From an uncultured Methanosarcinales archaeon (GTDB lineage Archaea > Nanobdellota > Nanobdellia > Woesearchaeales > GW2011-AR9), in NCBI GenBank assembly GCA_964460195.1, contig CAYWPJ010000006.1, forward strand, positions 1 through 53,945: DNA of 53,945 nucleotides, read 5' to 3'. Shown here one piece after another: positions 1 through 8,124 of the stretch (within the stretch, counting starts at the first letter, position 1; each line of letters opens with the position of its first letter). Below the pieces are notes generated by a model. That model was not told the DNA's origin, searched no databases, and saw nothing but the letters and a program-made list of their open reading frames with translations. A program made the translations under genes and the position numbers.

Positions 1-101
1 CAATTCGTTTAACCAGATCCTAAGCTATTGTTTGAATTAGGCTTCGGAGATACTGTTAATCAGCGAAAGTTTTATTATCATCTGCTTTTTTGAACCAAAG
101 T

Positions 102-1112
102 ATGCTGCACACCCCCGAAATAAAAGCCCAATTAGCCGCACAGAAAGCCCAATGCCTCTTCTGTAAGCTCATCGCCAAAGAGATCGAAAGCAAGATTGTC
201 TTTGAAGATGATGCGGCCATCGCCGTCTTGGACATCAATCCCGCCCTGAAAGGGCACACCCTCTTTTTGCTGAAAGAGCATTATCCCATCATGCCCTATA
301 TCCCCCCGGACGAGTTCAGGCATTACTTCGGTTTGATTCCCAAATTAAGCCGGGCCGTTAAGGAAGGAATAGTCAGGACGGGGATGAGCCTCTTTATCGC
401 CAACGGCGGCATCGCCGGACAGCAAAGCTCCCATTTCTTGATTCATTTGCTGCCGCGGGAGAACGGCGACGGCTTCTTTAATTTTCTTTTCAGCGGCGGA
501 AGAGAAGAACTAACCGGGGAAGGAAAGAAAGTCCTGGTCCGGAATTTTCCTTTGGTTATGGAGAATCATTTCCGGAGAATTCCGGCCGTCTGGCATCGGG
601 GGAAGGGAAATATTCCTCCTTTCCTGGAAAAAATTTATGAAAGCTCCCCTCTTCTCTATGAAGATGAGAGAGTTTTAGTGGTCTTAGCCAAGAGAGGCAT
701 GGTCCCCGGCCATGTTGAAATATACAGCAAAACTGAGGTCAAGCTAATCGAAAATCTTTCTGAAGAAGAGGTAGTTCATTTATTCTACACTGCTTCTTGC
801 GCTGCCTCCCTGCTCTTCGAAGGGCTGAAAGCCCAGGGGACGAACATCATTTTAAAATCCGGCCGTTCCGACGACAACCCGGAAGGGGGGCTGGTCGTCC
901 ACGTCCTGCCGCGGAAGGAAGGGGACGGTTTGCCGGATTTGTGCTGGAAACCCCGGTCGGCCGATTACGACTTGGATTCTGTTGCTTCCAAAATCAAGGA
1001 CAGGACATGGAAAATTAATTACCAAGAGGAAAAGAAGAAAGTAGTGGTCGAGACAAAGAGTGTTTCTAATGATGATGAAATTGGTAAGGCGATTGTCAGG
1101 ATAAAAAAGTAA
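102..1112 (+). CDS. Double HIT-domain (histidine triad) nucleotide hydrolase/transferase
   Basis: ORF 90..1112 starts at TTG; the first ATG is at 102. N-half has CLFCKLIAKE..VFEDD and SSHFLIHLLPR. C-half has PGHVEIYS and GGLVVHVLPRKEGD. Two HIT-like halves lie in one chain. Confidence 0.75.
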   Translation: MLHTPEIKAQLAAQKAQCLFCKLIAKEIESKIVFEDDAAIAVLDINPALKGHTLFLLKEHYPIMPYIPPDEFRHYFGLIPKLSRAVKEGIVRTGMSLFIANGGIAGQQSSHFLIHLLPRENGDGFFNFLFSGGREELTGEGKKVLVRNFPLVMENHFRRIPAVWHRGKGNIPPFLEKIYESSPLLYEDERVLVVLAKRGMVPGHVEIYSKTEVKLIENLSEEEVVHLFYTASCAASLLFEGLKAQGTNIILKSGRSDDNPEGGLVVHVLPRKEGDGLPDLCWKPRSADYDLDSVASKIKDRTWKINYQEEKKKVVVETKSVSNDDEIGKAIVRIKK

Positions 1113-1133
1113 AGTTGCCTAAAATTAATTTTT

Positions 1134-2447
1134 CTATTCTCTTTTAAATTCAACTAAAGAAAAAATATCATAGCTTTGTAACTTCTCCCGGCCTCTCAAA
1201 TCCGGCAGCTCAATGACGAAAGCAATGCCTTCCACTCTTCCTCCCAATTTCTCGACCAGCCGGCAGGCCGCCTGCATTGTCCCACCCGTCGCCAGCAGAT
1301 CGTCAACCATCAGGACTCTTTCCCCGGGGAGAACCGCATCCCGGTGGATCTCTACTGTATCCGTCCCGTATTCTAATTCATACTCGTGGGAAACCGTCTC
1401 CGCCGGCAATTTGCCCTTCTTCCGCACCAAAACAAAAGGCAAATTTAATTCCCACGCTAAAGCCGCCCCAAAAATAAATCCTCTCGACTCAATCCCGGCA
1501 ATCTTGGAAAGGTTCCGGTTTTGGTATCTCTCCTTAAACTTCTGAATGCAGTAATTGAAAGCCGGCGGGTCTTTCAGCAGGGTGGTGATATCCCGAAACA
1601 TCACCCCCGGCCGGGGCCAGTCGGGGATAGTTCTGATCGTGCTTTTCAAATCAATTTCAGGATGATGACAATTACTACCATGACCTTCATGAGAAACTTC
1701 TTTGATTTTCGGAATCGTCTTAACCAATAAATCAGCCACTTTACCGACATTTTCTTTGAAAACCTTGAGAACTTCTTCCCAGGTGACGGCTTTTTCTCCT
1801 TCCCGCCAGCAGTCATAGTCCGTTGACATGGCCACGGCCGCATAAGGAATGCCTATTTCGTTAGCGAGGACGGCTTCAGGGGCCAGACTCATGTTAATGA
1901 CGTCAGCCCCCCAAGCACGAAACAGATGCGATTCTGCTTTCGTCGAGAAACGAGGACCTTCAATGGTAATTACTGTTCCTTGAGGATGATATTTCAATCT
2001 TAATTCCTGGCAGGCTTTGATTAAATCCTCTCTTAAGGCGGTGGAGAAAGGTTCAGCCATCGGAGTATGCACTATTTTGCCGGGTTTAAATTCTTCATGG
2101 AAAGATATTTTTCTGTGTCTGGTAAAGTCGATCAATTGATCGAGAATGACAAAATCTCCCCGGCCGATTTCTTCTTTTAAAGAACCGCAGGCAGTTGTTG
2201 CCAAGACGTGAGTGCAGCCCGCTTCTTTCAAGGCCCAGATATTGGCCCGGGAATTGACTTGTGTCGGCGGGATGGTATGCTCCCGGCCATGTCTGGCAAT
2301 GAAAACGACATCAACATCATTTATTTTGCCGGATTTTAATGGCGAAGAAGGCTTGCCGTAAGGGGTTTCCACTTCGAGATCTTTTCCTTCCTTGAGGATT
2401 TCCGGGTCATCCAGCCCGGAGCCGCCGATGATGCCTATTTTAATCAT
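1134..2447 (-). CDS. Fusion protein: 5'-methylthioadenosine/purine nucleoside phosphorylase (N) + adenine phosphoribosyltransferase (C)
   Basis: N-terminus MIKIGIIGGSGLDDP.., HGREHTIPP and NMSLAPEAVLANE match the MTAP/PNP family. C-terminus FRDITTLLKDP and the PRPP loop VLMVDDLLATGGT match APRT. It is a single uninterrupted 437-aa ORF with an ATG start. Confidence 0.85.
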   Translation of the reverse strand: MIKIGIIGGSGLDDPEILKEGKDLEVETPYGKPSSPLKSGKINDVDVVFIARHGREHTIPPTQVNSRANIWALKEAGCTHVLATTACGSLKEEIGRGDFVILDQLIDFTRHRKISFHEEFKPGKIVHTPMAEPFSTALREDLIKACQELRLKYHPQGTVITIEGPRFSTKAESHLFRAWGADVINMSLAPEAVLANEIGIPYAAVAMSTDYDCWREGEKAVTWEEVLKVFKENVGKVADLLVKTIPKIKEVSHEGHGSNCHHPEIDLKSTIRTIPDWPRPGVMFRDITTLLKDPPAFNYCIQKFKERYQNRNLSKIAGIESRGFIFGAALAWELNLPFVLVRKKGKLPAETVSHEYELEYGTDTVEIHRDAVLPGERVLMVDDLLATGGTMQAACRLVEKLGGRVEGIAFVIELPDLRGREKLQSYDIFSLVEFKRE

Positions 2448-2550
2448 CGGACTGTTTCAGGGAAGAAATAGTTTATAAGAATTATGACGCTTTAGAATAA
2501 CTGTTCAATCCCAAAATTAGTTTAATGGAGCCTAAGCATAAGGTATATAA

Positions 2551-3861
2551 ATGCTGGAGAGATTACTTCCCGCTATGCCCCAGCCAGGCGACAAAGTCAA
2601 GGTCATCACCGAGAAAGGAAGCGAAGAAGGAGTGCTGATGCCCCGCTCTGGAACCAGCGTCTTCATCAAATTAGGTTCCGGCTACAATGTCGGCTTCCCG
2701 GCCCGGGACGTCAAAAAGATTCTTGTCGTGGAAAAAAAGGAAAAAAGCCAAAAGCTGCCGGCAAAACTCGCGCCGGACAAAAAGCTGCCGACCATCGCCC
2801 TGCTTCATACCGGCGGAACGATCGCCAGCCAGGCCGATTACCGCACCGGGGGAGTCGTTTCCAAGTTCCGCCCGGAAGACTTGGTGGAGATGTTCCCCGA
2901 GCTGAAAGAAATCGCCAACCTAAACTCAGAACTAATCTCCCAGATGTGGAGTGATGACCTGAGGTTTAAGAATTTCACCTTGATTGCCCAAAAGATTGAG
3001 CAGCAGGCTCGGAAAGGAGTTAAAGGGATTATTCTGAGCATGGGAACCGACAACCTGGCCGTGGCTTCCGCCGCTTTGTCTTTCATCATCGAGAAGACAC
3101 CCCTCCCGGTCATTCTCGTCGGGGCGCAGCGCTCTTCCGACCGGGGCAGCAGCGATGCCGGGATGAACTTAGTCTGTGCCGCTGAATTCATCCGGCAGAC
3201 CGATTTTGCCGGCGTGGCCATCTGCATGCATGGGAGCTCGGAGGATGATTACTGCTATATTTTGCCAGCCAATAAGACTTACAAGTTGCATTCGTCGCGA
3301 AGGGATGCTTTCAAAGCGGTCAATGCAGAACCCATCGCCAGAATCGGCTACAGTGACCGGAAAGTCATTTTTCTCAAAGAAAATTATCTTAGGGCAAGCC
3401 AGGAACTAGTCATTAAACCGAAGATGGAAGAGAAAGTCGGGCTGCTGAAAATCCATGTTAACATGTTCCCGGAACAATTTTCTTTCTTTAAAAGATATAA
3501 AGGGCTGATCCTGGAAGGGACTGGCTTGGGGCACACTCCCGGCCAGTCGTCTAACCCGGAGACGGAAATCCACCGGCAGATTTACCCCGCCATCAGGGAA
3601 GTTATCGACTCCGGCTGTGTCGTGGTCATGACAACGCAATGCCTGTTCGGCGGGGTGAACCTGAATGTCTATGATAAAGGACGTGATCTGCTGGCATTAG
3701 GAGTTATTTCCGGGAAGGACATGCTGGCCAATACGGCTTTGGTCAAGCTGTCCTGGCTGCTGGGAAATTACTCCAAGGTGGAGGCGGAAAAATTGGTCTC
3801 CCAGAATTTAAGGGGAGAAATCAATGAACGGCTGAGCTATGAAAAAGATTTTCTGGGATAA
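2551..3861 (+). CDS. gatD: Glu-tRNA(Gln) amidotransferase subunit D (asparaginase-like)
   Basis: N-terminal small barrel domain followed by asparaginase motifs LLHTGGTIAS and GMGTDNLA-like SMGTDNLAV. Length of 436 aa is typical of archaeal GatD. Confidence 0.9.
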   Translation: MLERLLPAMPQPGDKVKVITEKGSEEGVLMPRSGTSVFIKLGSGYNVGFPARDVKKILVVEKKEKSQKLPAKLAPDKKLPTIALLHTGGTIASQADYRTGGVVSKFRPEDLVEMFPELKEIANLNSELISQMWSDDLRFKNFTLIAQKIEQQARKGVKGIILSMGTDNLAVASAALSFIIEKTPLPVILVGAQRSSDRGSSDAGMNLVCAAEFIRQTDFAGVAICMHGSSEDDYCYILPANKTYKLHSSRRDAFKAVNAEPIARIGYSDRKVIFLKENYLRASQELVIKPKMEEKVGLLKIHVNMFPEQFSFFKRYKGLILEGTGLGHTPGQSSNPETEIHRQIYPAIREVIDSGCVVVMTTQCLFGGVNLNVYDKGRDLLALGVISGKDMLANTALVKLSWLLGNYSKVEAEKLVSQNLRGEINERLSYEKDFLG

Positions 3862-3990
3862 GTTTCTTTTAGAGTTGTTAGAATGCGCCACGGTTAGATA
3901 TATACAGTATAGTGTGTATATACATTTATAGAAATGTTTATAAATAAAATGCTTGATTAAGCCCATTACTGAAGTATATCACTATTAAAA

Positions 3991-4389
3991 ATGAAAATTG
4001 TGACTCCTTATGATAATTCCGGGAGGGATGACCGGAACGGAAAGTTTTACCGAACTAGAGCCGGGGGCCGAGATCTAAGAGAAGATTACAATCTATTCCG
4101 AGTTTTGCAGCGGGTGGAAGAGGATTATTTTAATTTAAAACGTACCAAACGGGAATTAAACGCCGTTCACCCCGTTCAGATAATTAAAGATTTTATTCCT
4201 GGCCTGAAGAGAATAGCTCTTCCCCTAGGTTATGCCGGCCAACAATCGGACAATCATGATCCTGTCGCTTTCTGGGTGCAGGATTACCACGCCCGCCAGG
4301 CTGGCGGCCCGCTGCGGAAAGCTAAACCTGGCCGCGAAACTATTCAGGAGCTAGAAAAAATATTATCCGTCGCTAAAAGCCGATGGTGA
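3991..4389 (+). CDS. Hypothetical protein
   Basis: 132-aa ORF with ATG start and host-like composition. No motif recognised. Confidence 0.4.
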   Translation: MKIVTPYDNSGRDDRNGKFYRTRAGGRDLREDYNLFRVLQRVEEDYFNLKRTKRELNAVHPVQIIKDFIPGLKRIALPLGYAGQQSDNHDPVAFWVQDYHARQAGGPLRKAKPGRETIQELEKILSVAKSRW

Positions 4390-4405
4390 GAACAAAAATT
4401 AAAAC

Positions 4406-4957
4406 ATGATTAATATGGAATTTGACACCGAATGCACTCCGGCCATGCCGGCCGGTCATAACTATATAACGCCGGGAAAAAAAGCTGAGCTTAAAGAGGG
4501 ACCCCTGGCCGAAGAAGGAATCCTGGCGGCATACCGGCAGAATCCCGCCCGCTTAGTGGGGTTATGCTATACACCTTACCGGATTGAAAAGTTTGAAGGG
4601 CTGGGAGAAAAAGTGGACAACGTCCATATTGTCGTCGTTAATGATTTCAATCAGGCCAATAGACTATTCCAAAGCCGCAAATACGACTTTATCATCCTCG
4701 CCGGGAAAAAGAGAGAAAAGGAACGCTTGCTCGGCAGCCTTTGCACCGAAGCGGCGAAATTCAGCCAAAATCTGAGTCCGTACCACCCTGTTTCTATGGT
4801 AGATGTTGAAAACGAAACCAATCTCACTTTAGGGTTAATCCAACGAATGGCGGAAGCCCACGACTTAAGGTTGGTTTTTGGCTCAAAGAAGGATGGAGTA
4901 ATTGATGCCGGCCTGTCAAAGTGCCTGGATGAGCGGCGCGAATCTAAAAATTTATAA
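4406..4957 (+). CDS. Hypothetical protein
   Basis: 183-aa ORF lying 17 nt after the previous ORF. No motif recognised. Confidence 0.4.
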   Translation: MINMEFDTECTPAMPAGHNYITPGKKAELKEGPLAEEGILAAYRQNPARLVGLCYTPYRIEKFEGLGEKVDNVHIVVVNDFNQANRLFQSRKYDFIILAGKKREKERLLGSLCTEAAKFSQNLSPYHPVSMVDVENETNLTLGLIQRMAEAHDLRLVFGSKKDGVIDAGLSKCLDERRESKNL

Positions 4958-4981
4958 AGAACCTGCCTTCTTGACAGATAA

Positions 4982-5290
4982 ATGAAAATTCCTAAGACCA
5001 TCAAGCGTTATTGTAAATACTGCCGGAAACACACCGAGCAGAAAGTCGCCCAAACCAAGAAGAAAAATCCCAGCTCATTAAGCCGGGGATCAAAATACCG
5101 GGCGAGAAAAAGGGGCCGGGCGAGGGGCACCGGCAACTGGGGACGCTACTCAAAACCGGCCGTGACCAAATTCAAGCGGACCGGCGCCAAAAACACCAAG
5201 AAAACCGACTTGCGCTACACCTGCAGCCTCTGCAAGAAAGCAACTTCCCAGGCTTATGGGATCCGGTCAAAAAAGGTTGAATTCGTATGA
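4982..5290 (+). CDS. rpl44e: 50S ribosomal protein L44e (eL42)
   Basis: [22 protein letters not shown].. has a zinc-ribbon CxxC...CxxC in a very basic protein. It is first in the conserved archaeal L44e-S27e-aIF2alpha-Nop10 order. Confidence 0.9.
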   Translation: MKIPKTIKRYCKYCRKHTEQKVAQTKKKNPSSLSRGSKYRARKRGRARGTGNWGRYSKPAVTKFKRTGAKNTKKTDLRYTCSLCKKATSQAYGIRSKKVEFV

Positions 5291-5460
5291 TTACTAAAAG
5301 CAAATTTATCAAAGTCCGGTGCGCTAAATGCAAGAATGAGCAAATCATCTTTGGCAATGCCAGCAGCATCGTGACCTGCCTCGTCTGCAATAAAGAGTTG
5401 GCTTATCCCACCGGCGGCAAATCAAAGATTTCCGCCAGGGTTCTCGAAGTGCTGGAGTGA
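5287..5460 (+). CDS. rps27e: 30S ribosomal protein S27e (eS27)
   Basis: Not in the ORF track (57 aa). Hand translation gives [57 protein letters not shown], with a C-x2-C..C-x2-C zinc ribbon. It overlaps the L44e stop by ATGA. Confidence 0.85.
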   Translation: MITKSKFIKVRCAKCKNEQIIFGNASSIVTCLVCNKELAYPTGGKSKISARVLEVLE

Positions 5461-5515
5461 TTGGGCTTGGTTGGGGGAAGCTAAACAAACGCCCAAAAAC
5501 ATTTACACAAAAACA

Positions 5516-5523
5516 TTTATAAA
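5516..5523 (+). promoter_or_regulatory. TATA box (TTTATAAA) for the aIF2-alpha transcript
   Basis: TTTATAAA is centred about 27 nt upstream of the ATG at 5546, which suggests a leaderless mRNA. Confidence 0.55.
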
Positions 5524-5545
5524 ATACTTCCCTTCCCGGCCATAA

Positions 5546-6322
5546 ATGCTCTACCGACGCACCGGCATGCCGGAAACTGATGAAATCGTCCTTTGCAAAG
5601 TGACGAGTATTTTCCCTAATTCTGTCTTCGTCGAACTGGTTGAATACGATAAGCCGGGCATGGTCCACATTTCGGAGATCTCACCGGGAAGAATCCGGAA
5701 CCTGAGAGATTTTGTCAGCATCGGCCGGGAAATCGTTTGCAAGGTCCTGAGGATTGACCGGGAAAAAGGGCATATCGACCTTTCCTTAAGGAGGGTCAAT
5801 TCCACCCAGCACCAAGCCAAGCTGGACGAAATCAAGCAGGAATTGAAAGCCGAAAGCCTGATCAAAAACCTTTCCAAAAAACTGAAAATCCCAGCGGAAA
5901 AGCTTTACCAACTGCTCAGCGAGAAGATCTTCAAGGAATATTCCCATCTTTACCTCTGCTTTTGGGAGATCGTCAACGGGCAGGCGGATCTGGAAAAGTT
6001 GGGCGTAGAAAAAAAGCTGGCTCAGGAAATCACAGCGGCGGTCCTGGAGAAATTCAAGCCGGAGAAAATCACTCTCAAAGGCGAGATTCGACTGCAAACT
6101 TACAGCAGTGACGGCCTGGACAAGATCAAAAAGACTTTGGCGGAAATAGGGAAAATATCTGAAAGCCTGTCCTTAAGCTACCTTGGCGCCGGCCGGTACC
6201 GGCTGATCATTGAGGATTCTGACTACAAGCCGGCGGAGAAGAAATTAAAGAAAGTCGAGGGGATCCTGGAGAAGTTCGTTGACAAACTCTCGACGGCTGA
6301 ACTGAAAAGAGATGACCAATAA
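5546..6322 (+). CDS. eif2a: Translation initiation factor aIF2 alpha subunit
   Basis: N-terminal S1 domain (EIVLCKVTSI..GMVHISEISPGRIRNLRDF..GHIDLSLRRV). Length and operon context fit. Confidence 0.9.
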   Translation: MLYRRTGMPETDEIVLCKVTSIFPNSVFVELVEYDKPGMVHISEISPGRIRNLRDFVSIGREIVCKVLRIDREKGHIDLSLRRVNSTQHQAKLDEIKQELKAESLIKNLSKKLKIPAEKLYQLLSEKIFKEYSHLYLCFWEIVNGQADLEKLGVEKKLAQEITAAVLEKFKPEKITLKGEIRLQTYSSDGLDKIKKTLAEIGKISESLSLSYLGAGRYRLIIEDSDYKPAEKKLKKVEGILEKFVDKLSTAELKRDDQ

Positions 6323-6324
6323 GG

Positions 6325-6501
6325 ATGGTCGAGCATATCCACCAATGCCCTTCCTGCCGGAAGTATACTCTGGAAGAAAAGTGCTCCTGCGGCAAAAAGA
6401 CCCTGATTCCCCGGCCGCCCAAATTTTCCCTGGAAGACAAGTATGCCGGGATAAGGAGGCAGGCTAAAAAGAAAGAATGGCAAGAGAGCGGCCGGCTGTG
6501 A
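6325..6501 (+). CDS. nop10: H/ACA RNP protein Nop10
   Basis: Not in the ORF track (58 aa). Hand translation gives MVEHIHQCPSCRKYTLEEKCSCGKKTLIPRPPKFSLEDKYAGIRRQAKK.., with the zinc ribbon plus the P.KFS.EDKY hallmark. Confidence 0.85.
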   Translation: MVEHIHQCPSCRKYTLEEKCSCGKKTLIPRPPKFSLEDKYAGIRRQAKKKEWQESGRL

Positions 6502-6570
6502 GAGGTGATTCTTAGCGTTTGGTATAACTTTGCGTTACCATTAAACTCTTCCGGCAACGAAGGGAGAGAT

Positions 6571-6594
6571 ACGAGGAGCGTAGCAACGAAGAGT
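6571..6594. repeat. 24-nt motif copy A (ACGAGGAGCGTAGCAACGAAGAGT)
   Basis: 22/24 identical to 41431..41454. A partial copy lies at 23695..23712. Confidence 0.7.
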
Positions 6595-6625
6595 CAGGTG
6601 CGAGCCTTAGAAAAATACTTATCTT

Positions 6626-6934
6626 TCAATCGTTTATATTTCCAAGAACTATTTTTTCAACCTCTCCAATATCTTCTTTAGAACCAAATAAAGTTATACT
6701 TTGATGGCGATATTCACGCTCATCGCGAAAGACAAGATATTGAAGAACTACGTTCCGTGTGGGAATATGATACATAGAAAAACATGTCTTTCCCATATCT
6801 TGAACATGCGCATTTTCAACTATAGGTTCTGCTCTGACTCCAGGTCTTAATTCATATTTATTCTTCATAAATCTAAATGGACCTTCAGCAGCAAGTGGTT
6901 TCGCGCATATTGTTTTTTTAATATATTCGCTCAT
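6626..6934 (-). CDS. Hypothetical protein (AT-rich island ORF)
   Basis: The track ORF is 6626..7015. The internal ATG at 6934 is preceded by AAGGAGAT 5 nt upstream and by a TATA-like TTTATATA near 6966-6973. No motif recognised. Confidence 0.5.
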   Translation of the reverse strand: MSEYIKKTICAKPLAAEGPFRFMKNKYELRPGVRAEPIVENAHVQDMGKTCFSMYHIPTRNVVLQYLVFRDEREYRHQSITLFGSKEDIGEVEKIVLGNIND

Positions 6935-7174
6935 TTGAATCTCCTTGTGAAGGAAATAAGCTTCAGTATATAAATATTTTGGCCTGTTACTATAAATTAG
7001 TAGCACATAAGGCATTGGAAAATAGAGGAGCGAACAGCCGGTTGCATATAACGATGTGATCGCTGGTTATACCCCGAGACCATATCTTGTCTCTACGAAG
7101 TCTCAATCCATGGCCTGTCCCTTCAATTATTCAAATCCACAACTTTTATTAACTCTTCCCGCTTCTCCCGGTCG

Positions 7175-7447
7175 ATGCCCCTCAAACAAGAGCTTCTGAA
7201 GAAAGTCCCCCAGCACCTGAAAGAAGAGCCTTATTTCGCCGCCCTGCTGGACAGCATCAAAGAAAACAAGATTGAAAGCAAAACCCACCTGGCCGAGTTT
7301 CTCCATGCGGAAATCAGCCGGGTGGAAAAATGGCTGGAAGAAAACAAGGCTCAGGGGGCGACGGCGGTAAAGACCATCCGCGACAAAGCTATCAAATTAA
7401 ACGTGCTCCGGAGATGCGCCAAGCTGACGCAGGAATTCCTTTTTTGA
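7175..7447 (+). CDS. Hypothetical protein
   Basis: 90-aa ORF, predicted helical, no motif recognised. Confidence 0.35.
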   Translation: MPLKQELLKKVPQHLKEEPYFAALLDSIKENKIESKTHLAEFLHAEISRVEKWLEENKAQGATAVKTIRDKAIKLNVLRRCAKLTQEFLF

Positions 7448-7583
7448 CTCTAATTCACTTTGACTTTTTTTCTCTTTTTCCAAAGGGCTTTACTAAATGT
7501 AGAAGATAGATGTAAAGAATGTATGCAATTGCGGTTATGTGTTTTTCTGCAAGATTTCTGCAAGAAAAAATCACCGAAGGCAA

Positions 7584-7605
7584 CAGTATGGCACAGGGGC
7601 GTGCC
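7584..7605. repeat. Inverted-repeat arm (stop-codon-proximal) of the HIT cassette
   Basis: CAGTATGGCACAGGGGCGTGCC ends 1 nt before the stop codon (7606-7608). Its partner is at 8057..8077. Confidence 0.55.
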
Positions 7606-8019
7606 TTAAATAGCTCGTTGAATATCTTCTTTTATTCTTAATAATAAATCTAAAGACATTTTTCTTTTTGGATAAGGAGAATAATTTCCTTTTGGATTGG
7701 GATCAATAAAATCAATTTCGTAAAAATGTTTGGTGTCTTGAAATCTTGGGATTAAATGTGCGTGAAGATGAGGCCATTCGTTTCCTAATATTGCGACATT
7801 AGGCCGGGATTCACCAAATAATTTTGAAACTGCTTTGTGCCATTCAGGAACTACTATTGAAAACAACTCTTCTGATTCAGCAGGTACCATATCTGTAACT
7901 AAACCCGCATCTTCTCGAATGGCCGAAGCATAGCATCGGCCGAGATAAGGGAATTGAGTTTTATGCAGATATAAATCCCAAAGGTCAAATCTTTTTATTT
8001 TAAATTGTTCGTAATCCAT
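7606..8019 (-). CDS. HIT family (histidine triad) protein
   Basis: NEWPHLHAHLIPRF carries the HxHxHxx triad. ATG start; AT-rich relative to neighbours. Confidence 0.75.
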   Translation of the reverse strand: MDYEQFKIKRFDLWDLYLHKTQFPYLGRCYASAIREDAGLVTDMVPAESEELFSIVVPEWHKAVSKLFGESRPNVAILGNEWPHLHAHLIPRFQDTKHFYEIDFIDPNPKGNYSPYPKRKMSLDLLLRIKEDIQRAI

Positions 8020-8056
8020 GTACTAAGAAAAATTTCTATTTACTTAAATACTTATT

Positions 8057-8077
8057 GGCATGCCCAGAGTGATACTG
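8057..8077. repeat. Inverted-repeat arm (promoter-distal) of the HIT cassette
   Basis: The reverse complement of GGCATGCCCAGAGTGATACTG is CAGTATCACTCTGGGCATGCC. It shares the blocks CAGTAT, CAC, GGGC and TGCC in order with 7584..7605. Confidence 0.5.
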
Positions 8078-8124
8078 CACATAACTTGTATTATTGAATC
8101 TGAAGGATTTTACGGGATATGATT

